Source: Gammaproteobacteria bacterium (GTDB lineage Bacteria; Pseudomonadota; Gammaproteobacteria; Poriferisulfidales; GCA-002705445). From it: a stretch of DNA of 64,000 bases. The stretch is taken from assembly GCA_018674175.1 (NCBI GenBank), contig JABHAT010000001.1, forward strand, positions 7,787 to 71,786, given 5' to 3'. Under the pieces are notes generated by a model that was given only the letters and a program-made list of their open reading frames with translations, had not been told where the DNA came from and did not search any database. This document shows positions 17,849-26,659 of the stretch, one piece after another; within the stretch, counting starts at the first letter, position 1; the number at the start of each line of letters is the position of its first letter. Position numbers and translations under genes: made by a program.

Positions 17849-19000
17849 ATGAAATTCAAATTATTAACAAAGCTACTAATTCTAACATTTGTATTAAGCA
17901 AATGTGCCTATGCTGCTGATGATGAACATGATCATGATCACTCGGCTCACTCGGATGAAAAATTTTATGGGCATGTTGGAATACGTGTTCATGCAGATCA
18001 TATAAATGACGCAAATGAAGGGGAAGAAGAAGTCAATGAGCTTTATACTCACTCACATATAGAAATGGGCTCTAGGATAGCTGAGGGTTTCAATATTGAT
18101 ACTAACCTAAAGATTGAAGGAGAACCTGCTGGTCATTCACATGGTGGTGTTAGTAGAACACATGATGGAGATAGCAGGATCTTTGAAGATCATCCGTTAC
18201 TTGTAGAATCTTTGACGCTTACATACAGTCAGGAAGACTTTTCTATATATGCTGGAAAATTCAATCCTAAAGTAGGACTAAATTATCATAACTTCCCAGG
18301 TCTTTATTCTTATTCTATGATTGAAGAGTATAAAATTGCTGAACGAATTGGTTTAGGAGCAAATTATTCTTTTAATTTTGATGATTTTGGTACTCATAAG
18401 ATAGATGTTAGTTCTTTTTTTGCTGATACGACAGTTTTGAGCCAAGCCATATTAGATAGTAGAACTAAAGTTCGTAAGAAAGATGGTGGCTTAGCAAATA
18501 CTGAGGACTTAGATTCATATGCAATTTCTCTTGGGGGAAAAGATTTTTATTCTTTAGATAATAATTTTGCTGAAAGAATTTCTTATAGACTAGGTTACGC
18601 ACTTCAAAAGAAAGGAGTCACAAATGATAATGACGAAACTAGATATTCTGTTTCATTAAGTTACAAAGAGAAATTTGAATCTAAAATTAGTAAAACAGTC
18701 ATATTCGAATATATGAATATCAATCATTACAATGGTGAAGCAGGTCATGATAGATCATATGTCACGGGAAGCTTAGGGTTAAAACTTTATCCATATAGCT
18801 TTAGTACAACATATACATTTATCGATAATGACGCACCAGAAGAAGAGGCAGAAGGCGCTGATGGAAAAGTACTTCAGATATCTGTAGGTTACGCGGTCTC
18901 CCCTGATGTAGAAGTTAGTTTTGGTTTTAAAAGAGCAGATGAAGAACTAGAGGTTACAGAAAGATTTGGATTAGGTATGAAATATAACTTTGAGCTTTAA
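17849..19000 (+). CDS. Zur-box-associated outer-membrane beta-barrel-like protein with a His/Asp-rich N-terminus
   Basis: A signal peptide (LILTFVLSKCAYA) is followed by ADDEHDHDHSAHSDEKFYGH. A second His cluster is present (GHSHGGVSRTHDGD). The rest shows alternating beta-strand character through to ...GLGMKYNFEL. Confidence 0.6.
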   Translation: MKFKLLTKLLILTFVLSKCAYAADDEHDHDHSAHSDEKFYGHVGIRVHADHINDANEGEEEVNELYTHSHIEMGSRIAEGFNIDTNLKIEGEPAGHSHGGVSRTHDGDSRIFEDHPLLVESLTLTYSQEDFSIYAGKFNPKVGLNYHNFPGLYSYSMIEEYKIAERIGLGANYSFNFDDFGTHKIDVSSFFADTTVLSQAILDSRTKVRKKDGGLANTEDLDSYAISLGGKDFYSLDNNFAERISYRLGYALQKKGVTNDNDETRYSVSLSYKEKFESKISKTVIFEYMNINHYNGEAGHDRSYVTGSLGLKLYPYSFSTTYTFIDNDAPEEEAEGADGKVLQISVGYAVSPDVEVSFGFKRADEELEVTERFGLGMKYNFEL

Positions 19001-19044
19001 AATTATATTTTTTAGAAAAAATTTATAAAAATTTCCTAATAAGA

Positions 19045-19078
19045 AGCCCGCGATTCAATTGAAATGTGGGCTTTTTTT
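19045..19078 (+). terminator. Rho-independent terminator after the His-rich OMP gene
   Basis: AGCCCGC (19045-19051) pairs with GTGGGCT (19066-19072), including one G-U pair, and is followed by a T-run. Confidence 0.7.
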
Positions 19079-19118
19079 ATATTTTCATATAGTTTCAAAC
19101 AATCATTAAAAACAATTG

Positions 19119-19127
19119 TGATATAAT
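19119..19127 (+). promoter_or_regulatory. Candidate extended -10 promoter (TGaTATAAT) for the tRNA gene
   Basis: TG at 19119-19120 and TATAAT at 19122-19127, about 37 nt upstream of the tRNA 5' end. Confidence 0.4.
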
Positions 19128-19163
19128 GGTTTTGAATGTATCTTACATTCTACCCTTATAAAA

Positions 19164-19240
19164 GGCCCTGTAGCTCAGTTGGTTAGAGCAGTGGACTCAT
19201 AATCCATTTGTCGTAGGTTCGAGTCCTACCGGGGCCACCA
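19164..19240 (+). tRNA. tRNA with a CAU anticodon; most likely tRNA-Ile2 (lysidine type), otherwise elongator tRNA-Met
   Basis: The 77 nt fold by hand into a cloverleaf. The acceptor stem is GGCCCTG/CGGGGCC, the anticodon loop is CTCATAA, the T-arm is GTAGG-TTCGAGT-CCTAC, and CCA is encoded. C4-G69, C5-G68 and a G27-U43 pair resemble E. coli ileX and the TilS identity elements. Confidence 0.9.
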
Positions 19241-19291
19241 TAATTTTACCAAGTCATCAAACTAATAAATAATGCTATAATTTTCAAACAT

Positions 19292-20044
19292 ATGAATACT
19301 GTTAGCGTAATTATAATTGTTAAAAATGGTGAAGAGTTTATTGAGAGAGCTCTTAAGAGTGCAGTGTGGGCAAATGAAATTATTATTTTAGATTCTGGAA
19401 GCTCTGATAATACTTTAGAAATTTCTAAAAAGTATACTGATAATATTCACATATCAGAAACGTGGCCTGGGTTTGGGAAACAGAGACAAAATGCCCAAAA
19501 ACTCGCTAATTCGGACTGGATATTTATGTTAGATGCAGATGAAGAAATTAGTTCCAACTTAAAAGATTCCATTTTACAGGTAATTGATGGGGATCCTGCT
19601 ATCTATCAAGTGAATAGATTAAGCAAGGCTTTTGGGAAGCCGGTTAGACATTCTGGATGGTATCCAGACTGGATTAATAGACTATATCCAAAAAATATTA
19701 CTTCTTATAATGATGCATTGGTTCATGAAACTTTAATTATACCCGCGCAATATAAACCATTAAAAATTCATGGGGAGTTGAGCCATGACACATATAACAA
19801 TATGCAGGATTATTATAGGAAAATGAGTATTTATATTGATGCCTGGAGCACTCAAAATATTAATAAAAAATATGGTGGTTTATTAATTGGTATCCTCAGA
19901 GGAACATGGGCATTTATTAAAATGTACATTTTAAAACTTGGATTTTTAGATGGGAAAATTGGTTTTATTCTTGCCGTACTTAGGGCGGAGACAACCACAA
20001 TGAAATATTTTGATCTTGCAATTAAAAATAAATCTTCTAAATAA
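19292..20044 (+). CDS. Family-2 glycosyltransferase (LPS core-type)
   Basis: The N-terminal VSVIIIVKNGEEFIERAL...IIILDSGSSDNT and the DxD motif (MLDADEE) are typical of small GT2 enzymes. Confidence 0.75.
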   Translation: MNTVSVIIIVKNGEEFIERALKSAVWANEIIILDSGSSDNTLEISKKYTDNIHISETWPGFGKQRQNAQKLANSDWIFMLDADEEISSNLKDSILQVIDGDPAIYQVNRLSKAFGKPVRHSGWYPDWINRLYPKNITSYNDALVHETLIIPAQYKPLKIHGELSHDTYNNMQDYYRKMSIYIDAWSTQNINKKYGGLLIGILRGTWAFIKMYILKLGFLDGKIGFILAVLRAETTTMKYFDLAIKNKSSK

Positions 20045-20063
20045 TTCTGAAATACTCAACTAG

Positions 20064-20759
20064 TTACTTACCCAATTTGTTTGTTAGATGTACTCCAAGA
20101 TATACTAATGGGGTATCAATTACTGCTATTATAATTTTAAATATATAACTTGCGATTATAATTTTAAAAATTATATCCCAGCTAAGATTTAAACCAAAAT
20201 GTAAAAATATAGAATTTACAACAATAGTATCTATAAGCTGAGAAAACATTGTTGAAACATTATTTCTTAACCACAATTTTTTACCATTTGTTATTTTTTT
20301 TAAATAATGAAATATACGAACATCTATAAGTTGTGCGACCAAATATGCGAGCATAGAAGCAGAAATTAGAAATCCTGGTAAAGTAAATACAGATTCATAA
20401 GCCTTTTGCATGTCATTAATAGAATAATATCCAAGGGAGTTATTAACCCAAGCTTCGGAGCCTGGAAGTATGACGGCGAGGTTAATAAATATTAAAGATA
20501 TGATGCTTGTAAAAAAACCTAAAATAACCATGTGACTAGCTTTTTTTTTACCAAAAACTTCACACACTATATCTGTTACTAAAAAAGTTATTGGATATGT
20601 AATTATCCCAGTAGTTAAAGTTATCGGTCCTCCAAAAATACTATCTGAAGTAAGATTAGGAAAAATTTCGAAAAGCTTAACTCCAATTATGTTAGTTAAA
20701 ACTATCATAGTTATAAAAACTGCTAAAAATATATTGTATGTTTTATCCATATTTTTCAT
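20064..20759 (-). CDS. yhhQ: Queuosine-precursor transporter (YhhQ/DUF165 family)
   Basis: It is a polytopic membrane protein with the YhhQ-like segment GPITLTTGIITYPITFLVTDIVCEVFGKKKA. Confidence 0.7.
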   Translation of the reverse strand: MKNMDKTYNIFLAVFITMIVLTNIIGVKLFEIFPNLTSDSIFGGPITLTTGIITYPITFLVTDIVCEVFGKKKASHMVILGFFTSIISLIFINLAVILPGSEAWVNNSLGYYSINDMQKAYESVFTLPGFLISASMLAYLVAQLIDVRIFHYLKKITNGKKLWLRNNVSTMFSQLIDTIVVNSIFLHFGLNLSWDIIFKIIIASYIFKIIIAVIDTPLVYLGVHLTNKLGK

Positions 20760-21265
20760 TTTTCTAATCTCTTAATTTTTCTCCATTTCCAAGGAGGAAT
20801 AGGCTTAACATCTTCATTTTTCCAGATGCCAACTTTATTATTTCTAGCAATGATCTCCGCATCTTCTATTTTTTTTCTTTTATTGTAGCGTTTATAACAC
20901 CATGCATATCCGTTTATTACCAAGTAATGATTAATCTCGATGTTTTTATAATAAATAATTCCGACAACTCTACCGTATCTGTCTATAGTGATTTTTTTAA
21001 GTTTTACTACTTTATTATTAACTATTTTTTTTAATTCTTTTTTAGCTTCTTGGCCATATGGTTGTTTTTTTTCTGGAGTATCTATTTCTGCTAGCCTAAC
21101 TTTTATTTTCCCAAATTTTTTATGTTCTAAGTGGATTGTATCACCATCAACTACCCTTATAACCTTTGCATATAGAGTATCAGGAAGCTTGTTTTCTGCA
21201 TATGAATGTACATTTATTAAACATAATAAAATAATAAGGAATGTATTTTTAAATTTTGCTAACAT
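20756..21265 (-). CDS. Secreted thermonuclease (SNase) family nuclease
   Basis: It has a signal peptide. The SNase motifs VIRVVDGDTI, VRLAEIDTPEK and GYAW are present. Confidence 0.8.
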   Translation of the reverse strand: MLAKFKNTFLIILLCLINVHSYAENKLPDTLYAKVIRVVDGDTIHLEHKKFGKIKVRLAEIDTPEKKQPYGQEAKKELKKIVNNKVVKLKKITIDRYGRVVGIIYYKNIEINHYLVINGYAWCYKRYNKRKKIEDAEIIARNNKVGIWKNEDVKPIPPWKWRKIKRLEK

Positions 21266-21271
21266 AAGATT

Positions 21272-21799
21272 ATGTTTTTTATAAATAAAGTTATATATAC
21301 CACTTTAATATTTTTGCTTATGGTTTTCAATGTAAATGCCAAGGATAAACTTACAGTAGGAGCAGAAGCCCCTAATTTTACGCTATCCGATCAAGATAAT
21401 ATTAAAAGAACTTTAGATGAGTACAGAGGTAAGTGGGTAGTTTTATATTTTTATCCAAAAGATGATACTCCTGGATGTACCACCGAAGCTTGTTCTTTTA
21501 GAGATAATATTGAAATAATTAATAACTTAAATACCACTATTTTAGGTGTGAGTGTTGATTCAAATGAAAGCCATAAAGAATTTTCTGAAAAATATTCTTT
21601 ACCGTTTCCAATATTAGCAGATAAGGATGGTGAAGTAGCAAAAAGCTATGATAGCTTCGGCTCGTTTGTTGGTTTTAAATATGCTAGCAGACATACTTTT
21701 ATAATCAATCCTTCTGGCAAGATTCATAAAATTTATAAAAAAGTTAACCCAAGCAAGCATGCCGCAGAGATCATAGCTGAGCTTAAAAATAATATCTAA
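21272..21799 (+). CDS. bcp: Peroxiredoxin (Bcp-type thiol peroxidase) with an N-terminal signal-like sequence
   Basis: GKWVVLYFYPKDDTPGCTTEAC carries the peroxidatic-Cys motif. Confidence 0.85.
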   Translation: MFFINKVIYTTLIFLLMVFNVNAKDKLTVGAEAPNFTLSDQDNIKRTLDEYRGKWVVLYFYPKDDTPGCTTEACSFRDNIEIINNLNTTILGVSVDSNESHKEFSEKYSLPFPILADKDGEVAKSYDSFGSFVGFKYASRHTFIINPSGKIHKIYKKVNPSKHAAEIIAELKNNI

Positions 21800-22618
21800 A
21801 TGCTAGTTAAATTTATAAGTTACTTTTTAATTATAATAGTTTCTTCAAGCGCTTGTTTTTCTTCTGAAACTATTTTTACAGGAGACTTTGTTCAAGGTGG
21901 AATAATAATAGGTAAAAATAAATTAGCTAAAAAAGTTTTTTTAGATGGTAAAGAACTTAAAATAAGTAATAATGGTTATTTTATTTTTGGCTTTGGAAGA
22001 AATCATAATAAAAAATCTTCTTTAAAAATTATTTTAAATAAAAATAACAATGTTAAATTTCATTATTTTGATATAAAGAAAAGTAAATATAAAATTGAGA
22101 AAATTGATGGTTTGCCAAAAAAAATGATCACACCTGGACCTGAATTTTATAAAAAAATAAAAGACGATAGAACTTTAATAAAAAATAGTATGAAAGATAG
22201 TTATGCTAATAAAATTTTCCCCTTATCTTTTATTAAGCCTTCTGAGGGAAGACTTTCTGGAGTATTTGGTAGTCAGAGAATTCTTAATGGCATTAAAAAA
22301 AATCCTCATGGTGGCATGGATATAGCTGCCCCTATTGGAACACCTATAAAAGCAACAGCAAAAGGGAAAGTTATACTAGCTCGAAAAGGTTTGTACTATA
22401 CTGGGAATATTGTAATTATCGATCATGGCTTTGATCTAAAATCTATGTACATACATATGAATGATATACATGTTAGAGAAGGCGATATTGTAGACCAAGG
22501 TAAGGTTATTGGAACTATAGGGATGACAGGTCGTGTTACTGGGCCACACCTTCACTGGAATATTTATTTGAATAATATAAAAATTAATCCAGAATTATTA
22601 CTTTCCATTTATAAATGA
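21800..22618 (+). CDS. M23 family peptidoglycan endopeptidase
   Basis: HGGMDIAAPIGTPIKA (HxxxD) and GPHLHW (HxH) are present. Confidence 0.85.
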   Translation: MLVKFISYFLIIIVSSSACFSSETIFTGDFVQGGIIIGKNKLAKKVFLDGKELKISNNGYFIFGFGRNHNKKSSLKIILNKNNNVKFHYFDIKKSKYKIEKIDGLPKKMITPGPEFYKKIKDDRTLIKNSMKDSYANKIFPLSFIKPSEGRLSGVFGSQRILNGIKKNPHGGMDIAAPIGTPIKATAKGKVILARKGLYYTGNIVIIDHGFDLKSMYIHMNDIHVREGDIVDQGKVIGTIGMTGRVTGPHLHWNIYLNNIKINPELLLSIYK

Positions 22619-23100
22619 AAATTTTAATTTTAATTTACCTACTATTTACTTCTGTTATTTCTTTTGCTGATAAAAGTATTGATATTATTATAGTTAATAA
22701 ATCCGAAAGAATACTTTATGTCGTTAAAGATGATAAAATTATTAAAAAATATGAAATTGCTCTTGGCCTAAATCCTACTGGCCATAAGAAAAAAGAAGGT
22801 GATAAAAAAACTCCGGAAGGATATTATTTCATTGATGGAAAAAATTCTAAAAGTAAATACTTTTTGTCTCTACACACTTCGTATCCAAATTTTCATGACA
22901 AACAAGTTGCTTTAAAAAATGATTTAAATCCAGGAGAACATATTGCTATTCATGGTTTACCATCAACCTCAGTATTATCTCAACACTTGTATAGTAGAGG
23001 AGCAGATTGGACTGATGGTTGCATAGCAATTAACAATGCAGATATGAAAGAATTATGGGATTTAATTGAAGAAGGAACTCAAATCCTCATTAAGCCTTAG
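22615..23100 (+). CDS. L,D-transpeptidase (YkuD domain)
   Basis: It has a signal peptide. The catalytic region is IAIHGLP...WTDGCIAI. Confidence 0.8.
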   Translation: MKILILIYLLFTSVISFADKSIDIIIVNKSERILYVVKDDKIIKKYEIALGLNPTGHKKKEGDKKTPEGYYFIDGKNSKSKYFLSLHTSYPNFHDKQVALKNDLNPGEHIAIHGLPSTSVLSQHLYSRGADWTDGCIAINNADMKELWDLIEEGTQILIKP

Positions 23101-24367
23101 TTGTTGATTTATTTAAATAATAAGAAATTATAATTGCTGGAATACCCAGAGAAGCTGAAATAAAGAAAAGCTCAGAGTATCCAAAATTGTCTACTACCAA
23201 ACCAGAAAATCCTGACAAAAATTTTCCTGGCACTAACATCAAAGAACTGAAGAGTGCATACTGTGTGGCAGTATATTTTGGATCAGTTAAACTAGATAAA
23301 TATGCTATAAAAACTGTACCTGCAAAACCACCTGTAAAATTATCAAGAGCAATAGTTAAAATAAATAAATTCATGTGGTTGCCATATAAAGACTGTATTA
23401 CAAACATTAGGGTTGTAGATGCAATCATTATTGACCCATAAAATAGTGGTTTTTTAACTCCATATCTTAAGACTATAACTCCACCGATAAATGCCCCAGT
23501 TAAGGTCATAGCAATTCCAAAAACTTTTGTGACTGTTGCTATTTGACTAAGGGTAAATCCTATATCTAAATAAAATGGGTTGGCCATTACGGCCATTGAA
23601 AGATCACTTAATCTATAAACACCGATAAAAAATAATATTAATACAGCGTTTTTATATCTTGAGAAGAAATCCCTGATTGGCGCCCAGAATACTGCGGATA
23701 TAAGGTTACTAGAACCTTCTAATTTGAATTTATGTTCTTTCGGCTCTGACGAAAACATTGTTGTTAAAATGCCTACTAGCATTAATGAAGACATAATTTT
23801 ATATGATATTTCCCAAGAATAACTGTCTGCGATATAAAGTGCACCTGCTCCAGCAACTAAAATAGCAACCCTATAACCAAACTGGTAGCCCGCAGTTAGT
23901 ATTCCTTGAGATTCTACTGGCGCAATTTCAATTCTATATGCATCAACAACAATATCTTGTGATGCCGAAAAAAAAGATACAAATAAAGCACAAATTGCAA
24001 AAGATACTAAGCTATCTCCGGTTGGTGAAATAGTTGCTAATAAATAAAGAAATATTCCAATAGCAATTTGAGTTAATAATAACCAACTTCTTCTTTTCCC
24101 TAATATGCTATGTATAACTGGTAGCTTAACGCTATCTATTAATGGTGCCCATAAAAACTTTAAACCATAAAAAATAGTAACCCATCCAAAAAAACCTATA
24201 GTTGATCTAACTATATTTTCATCTCGTAACCATGCAGATAGTGTTGTAAATACTAATAATAAGGGTAGTCCTGCAGAAAATCCTAGTAAAAACATTGTTA
24301 ATAATTTCTTATTTTTTAAATGTGAAAAAATACTAGTCCAAGCATCTTTATTAAAAAAATCTGTCAT
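23090..24367 (-). CDS. ampG: Muropeptide permease AmpG (MFS)
   Basis: It is a 12-14 TM MFS protein. The N-terminal LGFSAGLPLLLVFTTLSAWLRD is AmpG-like. Confidence 0.8.
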   Translation of the reverse strand: MTDFFNKDAWTSIFSHLKNKKLLTMFLLGFSAGLPLLLVFTTLSAWLRDENIVRSTIGFFGWVTIFYGLKFLWAPLIDSVKLPVIHSILGKRRSWLLLTQIAIGIFLYLLATISPTGDSLVSFAICALFVSFFSASQDIVVDAYRIEIAPVESQGILTAGYQFGYRVAILVAGAGALYIADSYSWEISYKIMSSLMLVGILTTMFSSEPKEHKFKLEGSSNLISAVFWAPIRDFFSRYKNAVLILFFIGVYRLSDLSMAVMANPFYLDIGFTLSQIATVTKVFGIAMTLTGAFIGGVIVLRYGVKKPLFYGSIMIASTTLMFVIQSLYGNHMNLFILTIALDNFTGGFAGTVFIAYLSSLTDPKYTATQYALFSSLMLVPGKFLSGFSGLVVDNFGYSELFFISASLGIPAIIISYYLNKSTTKA

Positions 24368-25134
24368 TATATTTTATAAGTTATTGTTAAAGGAGCATGA
24401 TCAGAAAAAAAACTATCTTTATAGATTTTTTGGCTTTTTATGTTTTTTTTCAAATTTCCTGAAACTATCTGATAATCAATTCTCCAACCAACATTATTTT
24501 CTCTAGCATTTCCGCGGTTAGACCACCACGTATATTCATTTTCTTTTTTGTTAAGTTCTCTAAATGCATCTACGTATTTATCATCTTTAAAAATACTATC
24601 TAACCAAGATCTCTCTTCTGGAAGAAAACCAGAATTTTTCTTATTTCCTTTCCAATTTTTTAAATCTATTTCTTTATGTGCTATATTCCAATCACCACAT
24701 ATTATATATTTTCTTTTTGATTTTATAATTTTATTCAAGTGCTTATTAAATGATTTCATAAATCTAAATTTTGCAGCTTGTCTATGATCGCCTGATGAAC
24801 CTGAAGGGGCATATAACGATATTACGGATATATCTCCAAACATAGCTTCTATATATCGACCTTCATTATCAAACTCCTTATCACCATATTCATATATTAT
24901 TTTATCTGGCTCTATTTTTGAATGAATTGAAACTCCGCTATAACCTTTCTTTTCTGCGCATTTAAAATAAGAGTGTATGTTTTTTGAAAACATTGAGTTT
25001 ACTTCTATTTGATCTTCTTGAGCCTTAAGCTCTTGTATACAAAGGATGTCTGCTCGCTGCTTCTTGTACCAATCAAAGAATCCTTTTCTATGCGCGCTTC
25101 TTATGCCGTTAAGATTACAAGATACAATTTTCAT
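24367..25134 (-). CDS. Exodeoxyribonuclease III family AP endonuclease (paralog 1)
   Basis: It begins MKIVSCNLNGIRS...ILCIQELK and ends SDHAPLTITY. Confidence 0.85.
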   Translation of the reverse strand: MKIVSCNLNGIRSAHRKGFFDWYKKQRADILCIQELKAQEDQIEVNSMFSKNIHSYFKCAEKKGYSGVSIHSKIEPDKIIYEYGDKEFDNEGRYIEAMFGDISVISLYAPSGSSGDHRQAAKFRFMKSFNKHLNKIIKSKRKYIICGDWNIAHKEIDLKNWKGNKKNSGFLPEERSWLDSIFKDDKYVDAFRELNKKENEYTWWSNRGNARENNVGWRIDYQIVSGNLKKNIKSQKIYKDSFFSDHAPLTITYKI

Positions 25135-25192
25135 AATAATTTAATTTTTTAATATATAATATACTAGTCTATTATAACGTCGAAAAATAACA

Positions 25193-25831
25193 ATGGATTA
25201 TAAAAAAACATTTATTGAGCTTGCTATAGAAAAAAATGCATTGAAATTTGGTAGCTTCAAACTTAAATCAGAGCGTATTAGCCCATATTTTTTTAATAGC
25301 GGTGTTTTTTCTGATGGAAAATCTTTATCAATTATTAGTAATTTATTTATTGAACTGATAAATCAAGAAAATTTGAAATTTACAAATATTTTTGGGCCAG
25401 CTTATAAAGGAATACCACTTGCTTCTGCATTATCTGCCTTCATGTCAGCTAATGATGACCACATTACTAACTTTATATATGATAGAAAAGATCAAAAATT
25501 ACATGGAGAAAAAGGCGATATTGTAGGTACTTTTAGGTCTGGCAATACTTTAATTGTAGATGACGTTATTACCGCTGGTACCGCAATAAAGAATACATTA
25601 ACAAAATTAGAAAAATATAATCTGCAAATTGATACGTTATTAGTTTTGCTTGATAGACAAGAAAAAGGTAGCAGTAATATTTCTGCTTCTGAAGAAATTA
25701 AAAAAGACTTTAATATCCAAGTGCATAGCTTAATAAACATAAAAGATATTATTGAGTTTGTTACAAATACAAGTGAATTTAACGAATTTAAAGACAGTAT
25801 AATTCAATATAAAGAAAAATACGGATCATAA
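25193..25831 (+). CDS. pyrE: Orotate phosphoribosyltransferase
   Basis: It has a PRPP-binding motif (LIVDDVITAGTA). The length and N-terminus are typical of PyrE. Confidence 0.9.
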   Translation: MDYKKTFIELAIEKNALKFGSFKLKSERISPYFFNSGVFSDGKSLSIISNLFIELINQENLKFTNIFGPAYKGIPLASALSAFMSANDDHITNFIYDRKDQKLHGEKGDIVGTFRSGNTLIVDDVITAGTAIKNTLTKLEKYNLQIDTLLVLLDRQEKGSSNISASEEIKKDFNIQVHSLINIKDIIEFVTNTSEFNEFKDSIIQYKEKYGS

Positions 25832-26659
25832 CCTTAGTTTTAAATTATTTTTTAACTCCTCTGTAATTACAGGCCTTTGTAACTCCCAAATATAAAAAGA
25901 CTCTGCGGCTTGCTCTAACAACATTCCTAAGCCATCATGAAATTTTAAATTATTTTCATTTGACCACATCTTAAAACTATTTGAAATTTTTCCATATGAC
26001 ATGTCGTAACAAACTGTTTCTGTATTAAGAATCTTTCTTGATAGTTCAAATTTTATATTATTAATACCTATAGAAGTTGCATTTATTATTAGATCAAAAT
26101 TATGTTTGTGAATCTTATCTTGGCTAACTGCTTCAACTGGTCCAATATTCTCAAAACTATCACTTAGTGATTTAGCTTTTTCAAAAGTCCTATTATATAT
26201 TTTTAATTCGGACGGATTTTCATTCAAAATACTTGGTATAACTCCCATTGCAGCTCCTCCAGCTCCAACTACAAGAATTTTTTTATCATTAAAATCATAC
26301 TCGATATTATTCTTCATATCCTTTACAAAACCAATTCCATCTGTGTTATCTCCATGTATAACTCCATTTTTTATAGAAATGGTATTAACAGACCCTGTAA
26401 TTCTTGCTATTTTAGACTTAGTTTCTGCAAGTTTGAAAGCATCTTCCTTAAAAGGCAGTGTTACGTTAAATCCTGATCCACCATTTTCTAAAAAAATTTT
26501 TGCTTCTTTCTCGAATTTACCTAAGCTTCCTAAGATTGGCACATAGCTTAAGTTTATCTTTAAGTTTTTAGCAAAATACTCGTGTATTAAGGGCGACATA
26601 CTATGCTCTATAGGGTTTCCAAATACAGCATATTTTTTGATTACTTCTTGTCTAGCCAT
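25826..26659 (-). CDS. aroE: Shikimate 5-dehydrogenase
   Basis: YAVFGNPIEHSMSPLIH and the NADP site VVGAGGAAMG are present. The start is moved to the ATG at 26659 (MARQE), which still overlaps the hemB 3' end by 19 nt. Confidence 0.88.
   Translation of the reverse strand: MARQEVIKKYAVFGNPIEHSMSPLIHEYFAKNLKINLSYVPILGSLGKFEKEAKIFLENGGSGFNVTLPFKEDAFKLAETKSKIARITGSVNTISIKNGVIHGDNTDGIGFVKDMKNNIEYDFNDKKILVVGAGGAAMGVIPSILNENPSELKIYNRTFEKAKSLSDSFENIGPVEAVSQDKIHKHNFDLIINATSIGINNIKFELSRKILNTETVCYDMSYGKISNSFKMWSNENNLKFHDGLGMLLEQAAESFYIWELQRPVITEELKNNLKLRL

Noticed and set aside
19164-20044. tRNA gene considered as an integration site for a genomic island or prophage
   Set aside because: No integrase, no repeat of the tRNA 3' end and no phage-like genes lie on either side. 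The downstream genes are ordinary envelope and housekeeping functions.
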